From Candidatus Poribacteria bacterium (GTDB taxonomy: Bacteria; Poribacteria; WGA-4E; PCPOR2b), in assembly GCA_965247655.1 (NCBI GenBank), contig OZ252032.1:1861101-1925100 (forward strand): a DNA stretch of 64,000 nt. Reading direction: 5' to 3'. The notes below the pieces were generated by a model. It did no database searches, was not told where the DNA came from, and worked only from the letters and a program-made list of their open reading frames with translations. How positions within the stretch are numbered: position 1 is the first letter of the stretch; every line of letters starts with the position of its first letter. Of this stretch, positions 17,274 to 26,788 are shown piece after piece. A program made the position numbers and the translations under genes.

Positions 17274-19571
17274 CTACTTCCCGTTGCCGTGTAATGCAGC
17301 AACAACCTTTTCCGGCTTCATTGGGAGTTCGGTGATCCGGATGCCAACCGCGTCGGTGACGGCGTTTGCCATCGTTGCCAACGTTGGAGTGATTGGTGGT
17401 TCACCGACACCCTTCGCGCCAAACGGTCCGTCGGGTGCTTCCACTTCAACGATAACGGCCTCAACAGTGGGAAGGTCTGCGGAGGTAGGCACGCGATAAT
17501 CGACGAAGCCGGGATTCACGTTGCCTTTCTCGTTATACTGCATCTCCTCCATGGTTGCCCATGCGTAGCCTTGCACTGTGCCGCCTTCAATCTGCCCTTC
17601 GACTGCCATCGGGTTAATGGCGAAGCCGACATCCTGTGAGGACGCCATTTTCAGCACTTTGATTCTGCCAGTCTCCGTATCAATCTCGACCTTAGCGATC
17701 TGTGCGGCAAGGGCAGGTGTCGAAGGCTTTCGTGCGAATGAACCTTTGCCAACGATGGGGCCACCCGTTGTTGAGAGACTGTATGCAGCCAATTCACCGA
17801 ATCCGATTGACTTCGGTGGGTCTGCCCCGATAGTTGAAACCTTACCATCTTTGAGTTCGAGGGATTCAATCTCAGTGTTCAACCGTTCAGAGGCGAGTTC
17901 GAGGAGACGTTTCCGCGTATCTTCTGCGGCGAGCTTGGCGGTATTGCCCATTGTGAAGGTGACAACACTGCCGCCGGAACCGGTGGCATAGGGTGCTGAA
18001 TCGGTGTCGCCGCGTGAGATTGTAACTTCCTCATAGGAGAGGGTCAGGATTTCGGCGACAATCTGGGCGAGTGCTGTGTCTGTGCCGGTGATGTCTATCG
18101 AACCGTGGAAGATTCGCGCACTCCCATCTTCGTGGATAGAGACGAACATCCCACCCGGTCCACAGCCATTTGTCCAATCGCCAATCGCCACACCCCACCC
18201 TTGATTGGGTCCTTTCGTGCGATTCTTCCAATCTACCGCATCAGCGACCGCTTGTAGGGTTTCCTTATAACCGACCTTGGGCTCGTTGGCTCCTGCGGGC
18301 ACTGGATCACCTTCGACCCGCATATTTTTGAGGCGAAATTCAACCGGATCCAGGTTGAGTTTACGGGCGATATCGTCAATCTGGGATTCGCCGGCAAACG
18401 CGACCTGTGGGGTTCCCGGTGCACGATAGGCAGCGGTGCCAGACTTGTTTGTGTAGACACCATACGCATCAACCTTTAAGTGCGAGAACTTATAGACGCC
18501 ACGCAGGCGGATGGTACTGCCGATAGAAGCACCCGATACGGAACCGGAATCCCAGAAAGCCAACCCTTCACGGGCAAGGATTGTGCCATCGTTCTTCACG
18601 CCGGTTTTTAACTTAATAACACAGCCCGGTGCCGGACGGCCATCGGTAAACTCCTCTTCACGGGTCATCTGAATCTTCACCGGACGACCTGTCTTTTGGG
18701 AAAGGAGAACAGCGGGCACATGCGTGAGTACGACACCGAACCGTCCACCAAATCCACCGCCCATTGTCGTCGGGATAACGTTAATCTGATTGAGCGGAAT
18801 GCCGAGTGTACCCGCTATGCCGGATCGGATGGCAAAGGGCCCCTGCGTACTTGCCCATACAGTCACTTTTCCAGTGGAATCGGCATCAGCGACGGAGACG
18901 TGCGGCTCCATATAGGTCTGATGAACCCGTGGGATGACATACGTATCTTCGACAACCAGATCCGATTCGGCGAAGCCTTGTTCTACATCACCGCCCGCGG
19001 AGTGCGTTTCGGCGGAGATATTGTAATAGACATCCTCTTCAAGGGCTTCCAACTGTGCGTTTAACTCGGCGATCTCTGCGCTGTGGTCTTGCGATTTGTC
19101 TCGCTCAAGTTTTCTCAAGTCGGCTCTAATCGCTCGACGGGCTGGTCCATCTTTCGTATCATCGCTGTGCAGACGCGGTGCGTCCAGTTGAATCGCTTCC
19201 ATCACATCCTGAACAGCGGGGAGCACTTCGTAGTCGATCTGGATCAGATCCGCGGCTTCCTCTGCGATGTCCGGATCCGTTGCTGCGACCGCTGCAATCG
19301 GTTCGCCGAGATACAGAACCTTGTCAGTAGCAAAGACCCGCCGTCCGCTCTCAACATCGTCTTGGGTGATAATTGCTCGTACGCCGGGCAGTTTTTCAGC
19401 CTCGCTCGTATCAATATTCAGGATTTTTGCGTGTGGGTGCTCGCTCCGAACAAACTTACCGTGAAGCATACCGGGTAGATGGACATCTCCTCCGTACTGT
19501 GCCGCACCTGTGACTTTTTCAAGGGCATCAACTCTCGGTACTCTTTTGCCAAGAACTGCATATTCTGACAT
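17274..19571 (-). CDS. xanthine dehydrogenase family molybdopterin-binding large subunit (aldehyde oxidase/XDH a/b hammerhead + MoCo domains)
   Basis: 765 aa; N-terminal VLGKRVPRVDALEKVTGAAQYGGD, AYRAPG motif; no CODH AYxCSFR signature seen. Confidence 0.9.
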   Translation of the reverse strand: MSEYAVLGKRVPRVDALEKVTGAAQYGGDVHLPGMLHGKFVRSEHPHAKILNIDTSEAEKLPGVRAIITQDDVESGRRVFATDKVLYLGEPIAAVAATDPDIAEEAADLIQIDYEVLPAVQDVMEAIQLDAPRLHSDDTKDGPARRAIRADLRKLERDKSQDHSAEIAELNAQLEALEEDVYYNISAETHSAGGDVEQGFAESDLVVEDTYVIPRVHQTYMEPHVSVADADSTGKVTVWASTQGPFAIRSGIAGTLGIPLNQINVIPTTMGGGFGGRFGVVLTHVPAVLLSQKTGRPVKIQMTREEEFTDGRPAPGCVIKLKTGVKNDGTILAREGLAFWDSGSVSGASIGSTIRLRGVYKFSHLKVDAYGVYTNKSGTAAYRAPGTPQVAFAGESQIDDIARKLNLDPVEFRLKNMRVEGDPVPAGANEPKVGYKETLQAVADAVDWKNRTKGPNQGWGVAIGDWTNGCGPGGMFVSIHEDGSARIFHGSIDITGTDTALAQIVAEILTLSYEEVTISRGDTDSAPYATGSGGSVVTFTMGNTAKLAAEDTRKRLLELASERLNTEIESLELKDGKVSTIGADPPKSIGFGELAAYSLSTTGGPIVGKGSFARKPSTPALAAQIAKVEIDTETGRIKVLKMASSQDVGFAINPMAVEGQIEGGTVQGYAWATMEEMQYNEKGNVNPGFVDYRVPTSADLPTVEAVIVEVEAPDGPFGAKGVGEPPITPTLATMANAVTDAVGIRITELPMKPEKVVAALHGNGK

Positions 19572-19655
19572 GAAAAATCTCCTTTTGGAATGGAACGTGA
19601 AACGTGATGCGTAAAAGGTAAGGGTTAAAATCTTGACTTCAATACGTGGTGGACA

Positions 19656-20132
19656 TTACGCATTACGCATGACTTCCGCTGCACTCATCACGGCTTCAAT
19701 GATCTTCGTGTACCCTGTGCATCGGCAGATGTTATTACCAAGTGCGTGTCTGATCTCAGCTTCTGTTGCATTGGGATTTTCATCAAGAAATGCTTTGGAC
19801 GCCACGATGAATCCCGGCGTGCAGAAGCCACACTGGTATCCGCCTTTATCCATAAATGCTTGCTGGATGGGGTGCAGTTGATCTCGGCTTGCCAGCCCTT
19901 CTACCGTTGTGATTTCCTTGCCGTTGGCACTGACACCAAGCATCATACAAGATGTCACCGCTTTTCCATCTACAAGAACTGTACACGCGCCACAATCGCC
20001 GGTGCTGCAGCCCTCTTTTGTACCCGTTAAACCGATTGTATCACGAAGGATTGCTAATAATGTCTTTCTCGGTTCAATTAACAGATCATATGTATCAGTG
20101 TTGACCGTTAAACTGACTGGATGCTTCTTCAT
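19656..20132 (-). CDS. (2Fe-2S)-binding small subunit of XDH-family molybdoenzyme
   Basis: 158 aa; CSTGDCGACTV and CGFCTPG ... CRCTGY cysteine motifs. Confidence 0.9.
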   Translation of the reverse strand: MKKHPVSLTVNTDTYDLLIEPRKTLLAILRDTIGLTGTKEGCSTGDCGACTVLVDGKAVTSCMMLGVSANGKEITTVEGLASRDQLHPIQQAFMDKGGYQCGFCTPGFIVASKAFLDENPNATEAEIRHALGNNICRCTGYTKIIEAVMSAAEVMRNA

Positions 20133-20246
20133 TGGATTATCCTTTCTGTTCTCCGAATAGTGCTTGGGAATGAGTCTAAGATGAATATGACATCTGAATT
20201 TTCGTGCGTCCGATAAATCGGAATTTCGCTGAACTTAACCTGCCGG

Positions 20247-21143
20247 TTAGCCCTGTGCACGAGAGGTTGCGGCTTGAAGGGTCCGTCGGGTCAAGACACC
20301 AACCATTTCTCGACGATATTCTGCCGAACACCGTAAGTCCGAAATGGGCCTTGATTGCGCTGAAGCAGCTGTAGCGGCTTGTTCTAACAGTTCTGTGGTC
20401 AGGGAATTTCCATTTACAATGGCTTCGGCATCGGTAGCTCGAAGAGGTGTGGGTGCAACGGCGGCAAGCCCAATCTTGACATCTGATACGGTGCCGTTAT
20501 TGGTTTTTGCAGATGACGCCACGCCGACGAAGGCAAGATCCATTACTTCTCTAATTTTTTGCTTGATGTACTGCGAACCTTCATTCGCACCGCGGGGTGG
20601 ACATTTAAATGCTGTGACAATCTCCCCGGTTTCTAATACGGTTTGCCCCGGACCTAAAAAGAAGGTTTCAATGGGCACGGTACGCTCACCATTGGCGCCG
20701 GCAATATTAACCTGTGCGCCAAGTGCTAGCAGGGGTGCTGCAGTATCCGCAGCGGGGGAACCATGACTAATATTGCCCCCTATTGTTGCAAGGTGGCGAA
20801 TCTGGACACCGCCAACCTCACCGGCACCTTCGGCAAGCGCAGTGTAGCGTTCACGGATTATTGAATCTTTTTCCAGTGTGCGCATCTTTGTTAGCGCGCC
20901 GATTCGCAAACCGGTTCCTTCATCGTAATCAATGCCCACTAATCCGGGAACTTTTTCTAAGCTAATAACGTACTCAGGCGTTGCTGTCCGTGCCTTCATT
21001 TCTATAATGAGATCTGTTCCACCGGCTAAGAACTTTGCTTTGCCGTTATATTTTATCAGCAGAGCTGACGCTTCTTCAATTGTTGTTGGTTCAAAAAACT
21101 CAAAATTCCTCAATGTGATGACCTCCCTGAAAATACGAGGCAT
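20247..21143 (-). CDS. FAD-binding (CoxM/XdhB-like) medium subunit of XDH-family molybdoenzyme
   Basis: 298 aa; AGGTDL motif, FAD-binding PCMH fold; start uncertain. Confidence 0.85.
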   Translation of the reverse strand: MPRIFREVITLRNFEFFEPTTIEEASALLIKYNGKAKFLAGGTDLIIEMKARTATPEYVISLEKVPGLVGIDYDEGTGLRIGALTKMRTLEKDSIIRERYTALAEGAGEVGGVQIRHLATIGGNISHGSPAADTAAPLLALGAQVNIAGANGERTVPIETFFLGPGQTVLETGEIVTAFKCPPRGANEGSQYIKQKIREVMDLAFVGVASSAKTNNGTVSDVKIGLAAVAPTPLRATDAEAIVNGNSLTTELLEQAATAASAQSRPISDLRCSAEYRREMVGVLTRRTLQAATSRAQG

Positions 21144-21239
21144 CCCGCGCCTCGCAAAATGGTTGACCCTGAATGTAGTTTGACATGGTTAAAGCATACC
21201 AAATCTGATTAGGGTTGTCAACTCTTTAATAGTTGCATC

Positions 21240-21283
21240 AGTTTGTACTATTCAATGATTAAGTTTGTACTATTCAATGATTA
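21240..21283. repeat. 22-bp perfect tandem direct repeat AGTTTGTACTATTCAATGATTA x2 at edge of AT-rich island
   Basis: read directly; second copy overlaps last codons and stop of ORFan 21270..22250. Confidence 0.8.
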
Positions 21284-22250
21284 GTTGATGATGATCTTTC
21301 AGTGATTCGCTAGGACAGTCTGCGTCAGCCAATTGAACTGAACTTCCATTAAACTCAACATGTCGCTGCGTTGTAAAAACAACACATTGATCCTCTCGCT
21401 TCAACAGATGCACGTGAATGCATCCGGAAATGCCATAGATATTGATGAAATCATAGATAATTTTGGGTAGCTGATCTAGCTCGCTATGTTGATGGGGGGC
21501 ATACGGTCGAACCAAGACAGGCGAACGTCTTTTGAACGTACCGAGTAACGACTGAGGGTGAGAGCTGTGAAACAGATGTAACACACTTTTATCGGGGGAT
21601 TTGAAGAGTTTATTCCAAGCCCTTTTTAAGCTACGAAATGATCCGGAGGGCGGGGCAACATAAGAGGACAGGGAATAGGTGATATTGTTTTGTGGCTCGG
21701 TGTCCGGAGGGATATACTGGCAAATGAGAAGGGGTTTTGATTGGAACGACGTTAAAAAGTAAGCATAGCGTGCAGGTTTTTCAGCGAACAAGTCGAGAAA
21801 TTCCGAAAAGTTTGAAAGTTCGCGTGATTTCTGTTCTTCGGGTTGATCCCCTGTTTGAAAGGAATGCATCCAGAATTTAAAGCGGGCGTTAATACTGGTG
21901 CGGGTTTCGCCAATGATATTTATGAGTTCAATAGCGTGTCCGTATGTATCTTCGATAGTGCTAGCGAGATACCGATGATTTTCGGATGCGCGTTCAGTGA
22001 TTAATTTGAGATTTTCAATGAGGCGCACTATCTTTCTCTGGAATATATCAAACCCCAGAGGTGCCGCGATTAAATGTTCGACCTGTTCCACAAAATTATC
22101 AGATTTCTCAAAATCTTCTGCCAACAGATTCAACTCTAACAGCGTCTTTTTTAGAGCCTCCGAGGTCAACTGCGTTATTTCTGTTATTGACTTAGGAGCT
22201 ATTAATCGCTGAGAGCTATCTGTTGTCGTTAAATTCTTCTTTTCTTTCAT
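21270..22250 (-). CDS. hypothetical protein (ORFan, AT-rich island)
   Basis: 326-aa uninterrupted ORF, no recognisable motif; AT-rich codon usage unlike neighbours. Confidence 0.5.
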   Translation of the reverse strand: MKEKKNLTTTDSSQRLIAPKSITEITQLTSEALKKTLLELNLLAEDFEKSDNFVEQVEHLIAAPLGFDIFQRKIVRLIENLKLITERASENHRYLASTIEDTYGHAIELINIIGETRTSINARFKFWMHSFQTGDQPEEQKSRELSNFSEFLDLFAEKPARYAYFLTSFQSKPLLICQYIPPDTEPQNNITYSLSSYVAPPSGSFRSLKRAWNKLFKSPDKSVLHLFHSSHPQSLLGTFKRRSPVLVRPYAPHQHSELDQLPKIIYDFINIYGISGCIHVHLLKREDQCVVFTTQRHVEFNGSSVQLADADCPSESLKDHHQLIIE

Positions 22251-22589
22251 GCGAAGTTGTGCTATAATAGGTTATTTACCCTAATGAGAGATAAGACTCT
22301 CAAATGCTTTTGTAGATTTGTGATTATAATTTGTGATTATAAACTGTAGAAATTATACACTATATCAATTGAAAATGAAACAACTATTTCAGAAAAAGCA
22401 TTTGACATAGTGGGGTTATTGACTACGATTAGATTCTTGATGATTCTTTGACTATCTGTTAAGACGCTTTATTTTTAGAATAACCTGTCATTATAAGTAA
22501 AGATTTTAAGGAGATACTAAAGTTTGGACAATTCACGGTACAAATGATGGTTGATTGGGAATACGCTTCGGGATGCCAAGCAGCACTGC

Positions 22590-22617
22590 GGATTTGACCT
22601 GATATCAGGTCAAATCC
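22590..22617. promoter_or_regulatory. 28-bp perfect palindrome GGATTTGACCTGATATCAGGTCAAATCC (candidate operator) in 680-bp divergent AT-rich spacer
   Basis: read directly; also 13-bp tandem TTTGTGATTATAA x2 at 22317..22342. Confidence 0.5.
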
Positions 22618-22933
22618 CAGCAAAGCATCAATTGATTCACGCAACTGAGTTTCGGGACCAGTTGCCTGAGGCAATTGCTATTCAACGCCACCCTGATAAA
22701 ATCGGGGCAGTTCGATAACAAGTGAGTCGGTGTACTGGGTATTGAGCATTCATTGGTATCGTCCTGTCAAGCGGACACAGGGGTTGATGGTTGAGTATAT
22801 GCGTGCTTTAATCAAGGGATAATTATTTTCTGCAACAATCTCTGAAGATACTAACTCGCCGAATATTCACTAGACCCTTGATAACGCTACATGAATTGGA
22901 TACAAATTGTACTAACTTTAGTAAGGAGATAAC

Positions 22934-25069
22934 ATGGCAAATTGGGGCGAGTATATTGCGAGCACGCTGGACCGGCTGTCAGGCAAGCAAAAGACTTCGA
23001 CGCTTCCGCAAATCAGCCTGCAACCACGCGAAACTACTGAGGAGATCGCTATCTATGAAGGGAGGGAAACACGGCGTGAAAAGCAGGTCAAAGAACGCTT
23101 GTCGTATCAACTGTTTGAGAAAATGAGACGGCGTACTTTCAGTTGGAAATCGTATTACTACTACGATGCGTATGATATTCCACGGCTTGCAATTACAAAC
23201 GAAAACGCAACGGGCACACATATTATCGAACGACGTCACTTCCTTCCAGAAGACCGGATCATTGAAGCCAACTTTTATACGAATGCCAATACTTCTTCCA
23301 TCCTTATTGATGCCAATGACCTGGCACGCGTGAGTCAGGAGATATTTGATCAGCTCAACACCAGGTCTATCAATCTCCAAATTTATAACAGGACTTATCC
23401 TCTGGAAATCTGGTTTGATAGTGATCAGAAGCAGACAAACAAGTTTTTTCCGCTCGGTCAACATAAAATCTGTATAGACGATCAACGGGCATACTTGCTG
23501 CGCCCGTTCCGGAATCTGGGTGCCGATGGATTTGCCGCTTTATCGAATCGATTACTCGCGCAAGAAGGTATTGCGGTCGATCCGAAAAGCACTATCGAAT
23601 CATTGCTGATTGAACTTGGTAGTGAGGAACTGCTCTACCACTACCAAGATGCTCTCAATCTATATAACCAAAAAACTTCAAGGTGCCGATCTGCTGGTCT
23701 GTACGAAGATGAAGAGCAGCCCTTAATTATCACGAAAACACGCCAGCGTGCGCGTAGAGGAGATACTAGTCACCGTTCACCTGTCGATAAAAGCCGCCCT
23801 GATCCGATACCGGATGAGATGTATGGGATGCTAGCCTTCGCTTTTGAGAAGAATTTTCCAGAAATTGAGGAGGATTTGATGCACATTAGCCTCGCAGCGT
23901 TGAGCTTGGATCGGGGAGCAGTTACTGATGGTTGTGCAATTTTGAGGGATAAGCTTTGCTCCTATACAGAGATAGCTGTGCTACAGGAACATCAACTTGA
24001 ATATCTCTATCAATTTGTACAAAGACTACTAGCTGAAGAAGAGGAACAAGAAGAAGAGGTATACTCGCCCCTCGAAGATCAAGCGTATGAAGAAATTCTT
24101 GTCGAGTTGTTGGAGGGAATCCGTGACATTACAACAGATTTCCGCTACCTCCACTATCCCCCCATTACTACCCAAGTCGATACGCTTCAAGAATCTGTCC
24201 AATCACTTTCACAAGCACTCGAGGATGCTGAAGATAAACAGCACCGTCGTGAAATCAGTGACAAACGTGAGATCTTGACGAAGAAAGCGTTTGAAGTTCC
24301 TAACCCCCGCACCTACACCCTTGATAGAACAAAGGAACAAATTAGCTTTTACGAGCGGTTGCTGGAGATCCAGAAAATAGTCCACGATGTTCAAGAGCAA
24401 GCTAGTAATTCGGCTCATGATGTTGCTTTTAGTTTGGCGAAATCCGCTTATATTTTAGTTCAACTTCATTTGAAGGAGTTTCCGGACTTACGCGATATTT
24501 CTAATCAACTGATTGAACTAATGCAGCGGGAATCGGATGACAATTATAAGGAGTTTGAGCTTGACTTCATCAAAACGCTCGCGCAGCTTACCACTACCCT
24601 CCATGAGAACATCAAAATCGCCCTATCGGACCGGCTAATGAAGATAACAAACAAGCTGGAAAAACTTTGTACTGCTAATGAGCAATTTAACGAAAACAAT
24701 TGGAATACAGCTTATACAGAGTTTGTCCAGCGTGAGGTTGCAGCGTTTAATGATAAGGTGCGTGAGTCTGCAATTGAGAAATATGATCAGATTACCGAAC
24801 AGATCGATTACCAACTGGAGTTGATTGAAATCTTTATCAGCGGCATTAACGTTCCCGCATTGCTACCAGCCCAATTGCACGAATCAGGAAAAGGATTGCA
24901 GACCTTCCTCGTGGAACAACTGAAGAAATACTTGAACACACAAAACCTGCAACTTCAGAGCGTCCCAGGGCGTGAACATCAACTCAGATCTCTTATTAAT
25001 GAATTGATGCCTATGCAATTGGATACTCCACTTGAACAGTTGGAGTATTTCTTTAGAAGTACTGCTTAA
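22934..25069 (+). CDS. hypothetical acidic, coiled-coil-rich protein (ORFan)
   Basis: 711-aa ORF, AAGGAG RBS; Glu-rich central block EEEEQEEE; no motif recognised. Confidence 0.55.
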   Translation: MANWGEYIASTLDRLSGKQKTSTLPQISLQPRETTEEIAIYEGRETRREKQVKERLSYQLFEKMRRRTFSWKSYYYYDAYDIPRLAITNENATGTHIIERRHFLPEDRIIEANFYTNANTSSILIDANDLARVSQEIFDQLNTRSINLQIYNRTYPLEIWFDSDQKQTNKFFPLGQHKICIDDQRAYLLRPFRNLGADGFAALSNRLLAQEGIAVDPKSTIESLLIELGSEELLYHYQDALNLYNQKTSRCRSAGLYEDEEQPLIITKTRQRARRGDTSHRSPVDKSRPDPIPDEMYGMLAFAFEKNFPEIEEDLMHISLAALSLDRGAVTDGCAILRDKLCSYTEIAVLQEHQLEYLYQFVQRLLAEEEEQEEEVYSPLEDQAYEEILVELLEGIRDITTDFRYLHYPPITTQVDTLQESVQSLSQALEDAEDKQHRREISDKREILTKKAFEVPNPRTYTLDRTKEQISFYERLLEIQKIVHDVQEQASNSAHDVAFSLAKSAYILVQLHLKEFPDLRDISNQLIELMQRESDDNYKEFELDFIKTLAQLTTTLHENIKIALSDRLMKITNKLEKLCTANEQFNENNWNTAYTEFVQREVAAFNDKVRESAIEKYDQITEQIDYQLELIEIFISGINVPALLPAQLHESGKGLQTFLVEQLKKYLNTQNLQLQSVPGREHQLRSLINELMPMQLDTPLEQLEYFFRSTA

Positions 25070-25243
25070 CATCTATCCTTAAAAATAAAAAAAACTCCTA
25101 GAATGAACCAAAAGTGTGAAACGTGAACTGTTTTTTTTACGTTCTACATACGGATAGGGTCTACTGTGGACTCTTAAGGAGCTAATGAATGGAATAATAG
25201 CCCGATTTTAACCCCCGCCTTTATTTTAATTATTTGGAGGATC

Positions 25244-26734
25244 ATGGACTTGCTACCGAAAAAATTAGAAGCCTACCCCATTAAACCATACTTCTCTGAA
25301 CAGCAAGAACTAAATGAACGTTTGAGTGCGATTCTCCCGCCATATATATTGGAAACACCTATCGCTACGCGAGGGAAGCGTCTGTTTCGGATTCTTGTCC
25401 GATTCACTCTGATCATTTGTCTTCTGTCTTTTTTGACACTGTGTGGATTTCTAGCGCATCGCGCGGTGAAAGATAAAGATACGTTCTGGTACTACCTCAC
25501 AGAAAATCAGACCATTGTTCTGACGTTGATGCAAGGGAAGAAAGTGCAGGACACCGCAACCTATGGCGTTCTGGAAACACTCACAACCTCCGGTAAAACG
25601 ATGGAAGAGAGGCTGATTCAACTTCAGCTAGATGGATATGCCCAAAGCAACGCGCAACAAATTCCTATCATTTACGACGTAGCAGCGCAGGCGGACCACA
25701 AGAAGATCTACGAACAATTAATTCAACCGGCGATTGAACAAGCCTATCGGATTTATAACAATTTCGATCTGAAAACTGAGCAGGAAGTATATGGGATTAC
25801 CACGAATGAACTGATATATCAAAAAGGATTGAATGTGCCGGGATATAGTCCGAAGGCGTTGGAACACATGCTATTTGAAGCACGACGTTACTTCCCATTT
25901 GCGCTAATTGCCGGACGAGTTGCTGACATAGACCCATTGCTTCTGCTGAAGATTTTTGAAATTGAGACCCACTTTGATGAGACCTTAGTCGGTCTCAGTC
26001 AAACCGAAACTGGCGAAGATGATATTGGCATTGCTCAGAATAATCTGGCTGTTCTACCTAATTTGATTCGCCACATTTTGGATCCAAGTATGCCGGCATA
26101 CTCTCCCTTTTTTGAGTTTCTTAGACCTGGGAGAGGTTGGGAAATGAGAGAACAACTCACTTGGAATGAGTATTTGCCTCGCTTAGAAGAGGAGCTAGCA
26201 GGTACCTACGATCGCCAAAAAAACCCGGCTGGGAAATATTACACTAATCTTTTGAAAGCCCCTCACATCGGTGCATTCTTGGCAGCCTACCACATAAAGC
26301 GCGATAAGACCTATCGTTTCGACGAGTGTTTGGATTTTTACAGGAAAAATGCCAAAGCCCTCAAAGTTGAGCTCGATCTTAGGCAAGATCTACAGCCATA
26401 TCACTGGGCGTATTATACCTTTTACAACGGCGGTCCTAAACGTTGGCATGTGATGAGAACATATCTGGCGATGCGCCAAAATCAGGAGTTGATACCACCT
26501 GAACTTCAGGAAGCTGTGGATACGATAAAGGGGCGTAACATGGATGCACAACGGATTGGAAATAAAAACCAATATCTGAAAGAGCTCGCTTTCGACCACG
26601 CAGAAGGCAAGCTTGTTCAAAATGATGGGCTGCTTGACTATGGACTGTACGATTTCTCGCCAAATTTCAAACCTCGAGAGCTCATGTGTGGGCTTCCTCC
26701 CAACCTCGCTATGGCAAAAAAGATTGATGATTAG
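25244..26734 (+). CDS. hypothetical N-terminally membrane-anchored protein, possible lysozyme/SLT-like motif
   Basis: 496 aa; one TM (FRILVRFTLIICLLSFLTLCGFLAH); segment FEIETHFDE...GLSQTETGEDDIGIAQNN loosely resembles the SLT catalytic E...S...G-[LI]-[MA]-Q signature. Confidence 0.5.
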   Translation: MDLLPKKLEAYPIKPYFSEQQELNERLSAILPPYILETPIATRGKRLFRILVRFTLIICLLSFLTLCGFLAHRAVKDKDTFWYYLTENQTIVLTLMQGKKVQDTATYGVLETLTTSGKTMEERLIQLQLDGYAQSNAQQIPIIYDVAAQADHKKIYEQLIQPAIEQAYRIYNNFDLKTEQEVYGITTNELIYQKGLNVPGYSPKALEHMLFEARRYFPFALIAGRVADIDPLLLLKIFEIETHFDETLVGLSQTETGEDDIGIAQNNLAVLPNLIRHILDPSMPAYSPFFEFLRPGRGWEMREQLTWNEYLPRLEEELAGTYDRQKNPAGKYYTNLLKAPHIGAFLAAYHIKRDKTYRFDECLDFYRKNAKALKVELDLRQDLQPYHWAYYTFYNGGPKRWHVMRTYLAMRQNQELIPPELQEAVDTIKGRNMDAQRIGNKNQYLKELAFDHAEGKLVQNDGLLDYGLYDFSPNFKPRELMCGLPPNLAMAKKIDD

Positions 26735-26788
26735 TGCAGATGGATACGCTTGCAGAGGATACTCCCTACCCTCTGCAAGCCCGCTCAA

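Noticed and set aside
17274-21143. Molybdoenzyme operon as aerobic CO dehydrogenase (coxMSL)
   Set aside because: The large subunit lacks the form-I CODH active-site loop AYxCSFR; kept as generic xanthine dehydrogenase family.
22459-22674. 71-aa ORF in the AT-rich divergent spacer, spanning the 28-bp palindrome
   Set aside because: No RBS and no motifs; the region is better explained as regulatory DNA. Cannot be excluded as a small regulator without expression data.
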